From NCBI GenBank assembly GCA_002189035.1, contig NEEC01000014.1:1302001-1366000 (forward strand): a stretch of DNA of 64,000 nucleotides. The letters are read 5' to 3'. A program made the position numbers and the translations under genes. The stretch is from Utricularia gibba. Its lineage: Eukaryota > Plantae > Magnoliophyta. The notes beneath the pieces are model-generated. The model saw nothing but the letters and a program-made list of their open reading frames with translations. It had not been told where the DNA came from and made no database searches. Shown here one piece after another: positions 63,528 through 64,000 of this stretch (positions are counted from its first letter, which is position 1; each line of letters opens with the position of its first letter).

Positions 63528-64000
63528 TATGGGCAGACAATGTGACGCCGGCTACAAAATGTAAACAACCCAGAGATTAAAAATCAGTTGGGTATGAAAG
63601 AAAACGACTGCGCACCCCTCGTAAATGCGACGCTTGTAAAGGTGGCCATGGATGTAACTGCATTGCACTGTGCACCTCAACTTCAGATCTGAGATCTGGG
63701 ATCCAACCCCACGGCACCGACACTATCAGACTGTGTGGCACCCATTTACTGCAACCACCTTTCTTCCATAGCAAGTTATCCATCATTCACTTCATTATAA
63801 TGATGATTGTTTGAATGGAAAGATTATTATTAACATCAGTTGTATGATAAATTCTGGACAGAACGGGCGTAGGGTCGACCGCCGGAGCATCACATGAAGG
63901 GGAAAAACGAACGTAGAGCACAGCTGGAGTGAGAATCAATGTGAATGATCCATAAGAAGCACACCAATGTGAGTCATTCAATGGGAACTCCGGTACAGCA

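Overview
Eukaryotic, angiosperm (eudicot-type) nuclear DNA with high gene density and mostly 65-100 nt introns. There is no rRNA, tRNA or CRISPR array. I could build 17 spliced or single-exon protein-coding genes by hand: a 5'-truncated R2R3-MYB (MYB21/24/305 type), CCR-like SNL6, CYP38, UGT90A-like, CNGC18-like, KUP6/8-like K+ transporter, UVH3/XPG, CSLC4, a plastid HMA-like protein, PIGN, a class III peroxidase, BUD13, AN1 zinc finger SAP12-like, a divergent SEC13, SIN3-like, GLYK and CDI. The window also holds a decayed SAM-domain gene, a PPR remnant, a solo LTR with a perfect 5-bp TSD, a Tourist-type MITE and a degenerate long-TIR element. The most notable structure is a ~450-600 bp promoter + non-coding first exon + intron-donor module present twice, once ahead of BUD13 (40687) and once ahead of the unrelated SEC13 (48846), with pseudogenes between the copies. 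Other points: two consecutive GC-AG introns in the splicing factor BUD13, a U12-type intron in PIGN, a stop-terminated cassette exon and a CAG/TAG tandem acceptor in GLYK, an overlapping uORF on the CNGC start, and a D-to-E change in the KUP TM1 motif. Caveat: eight -1 frameshifts in conserved genes, seven in short G/C runs, look like uncorrected sequencing errors rather than pseudogenisation. All identities come from my recognition of motifs; no database search was run.
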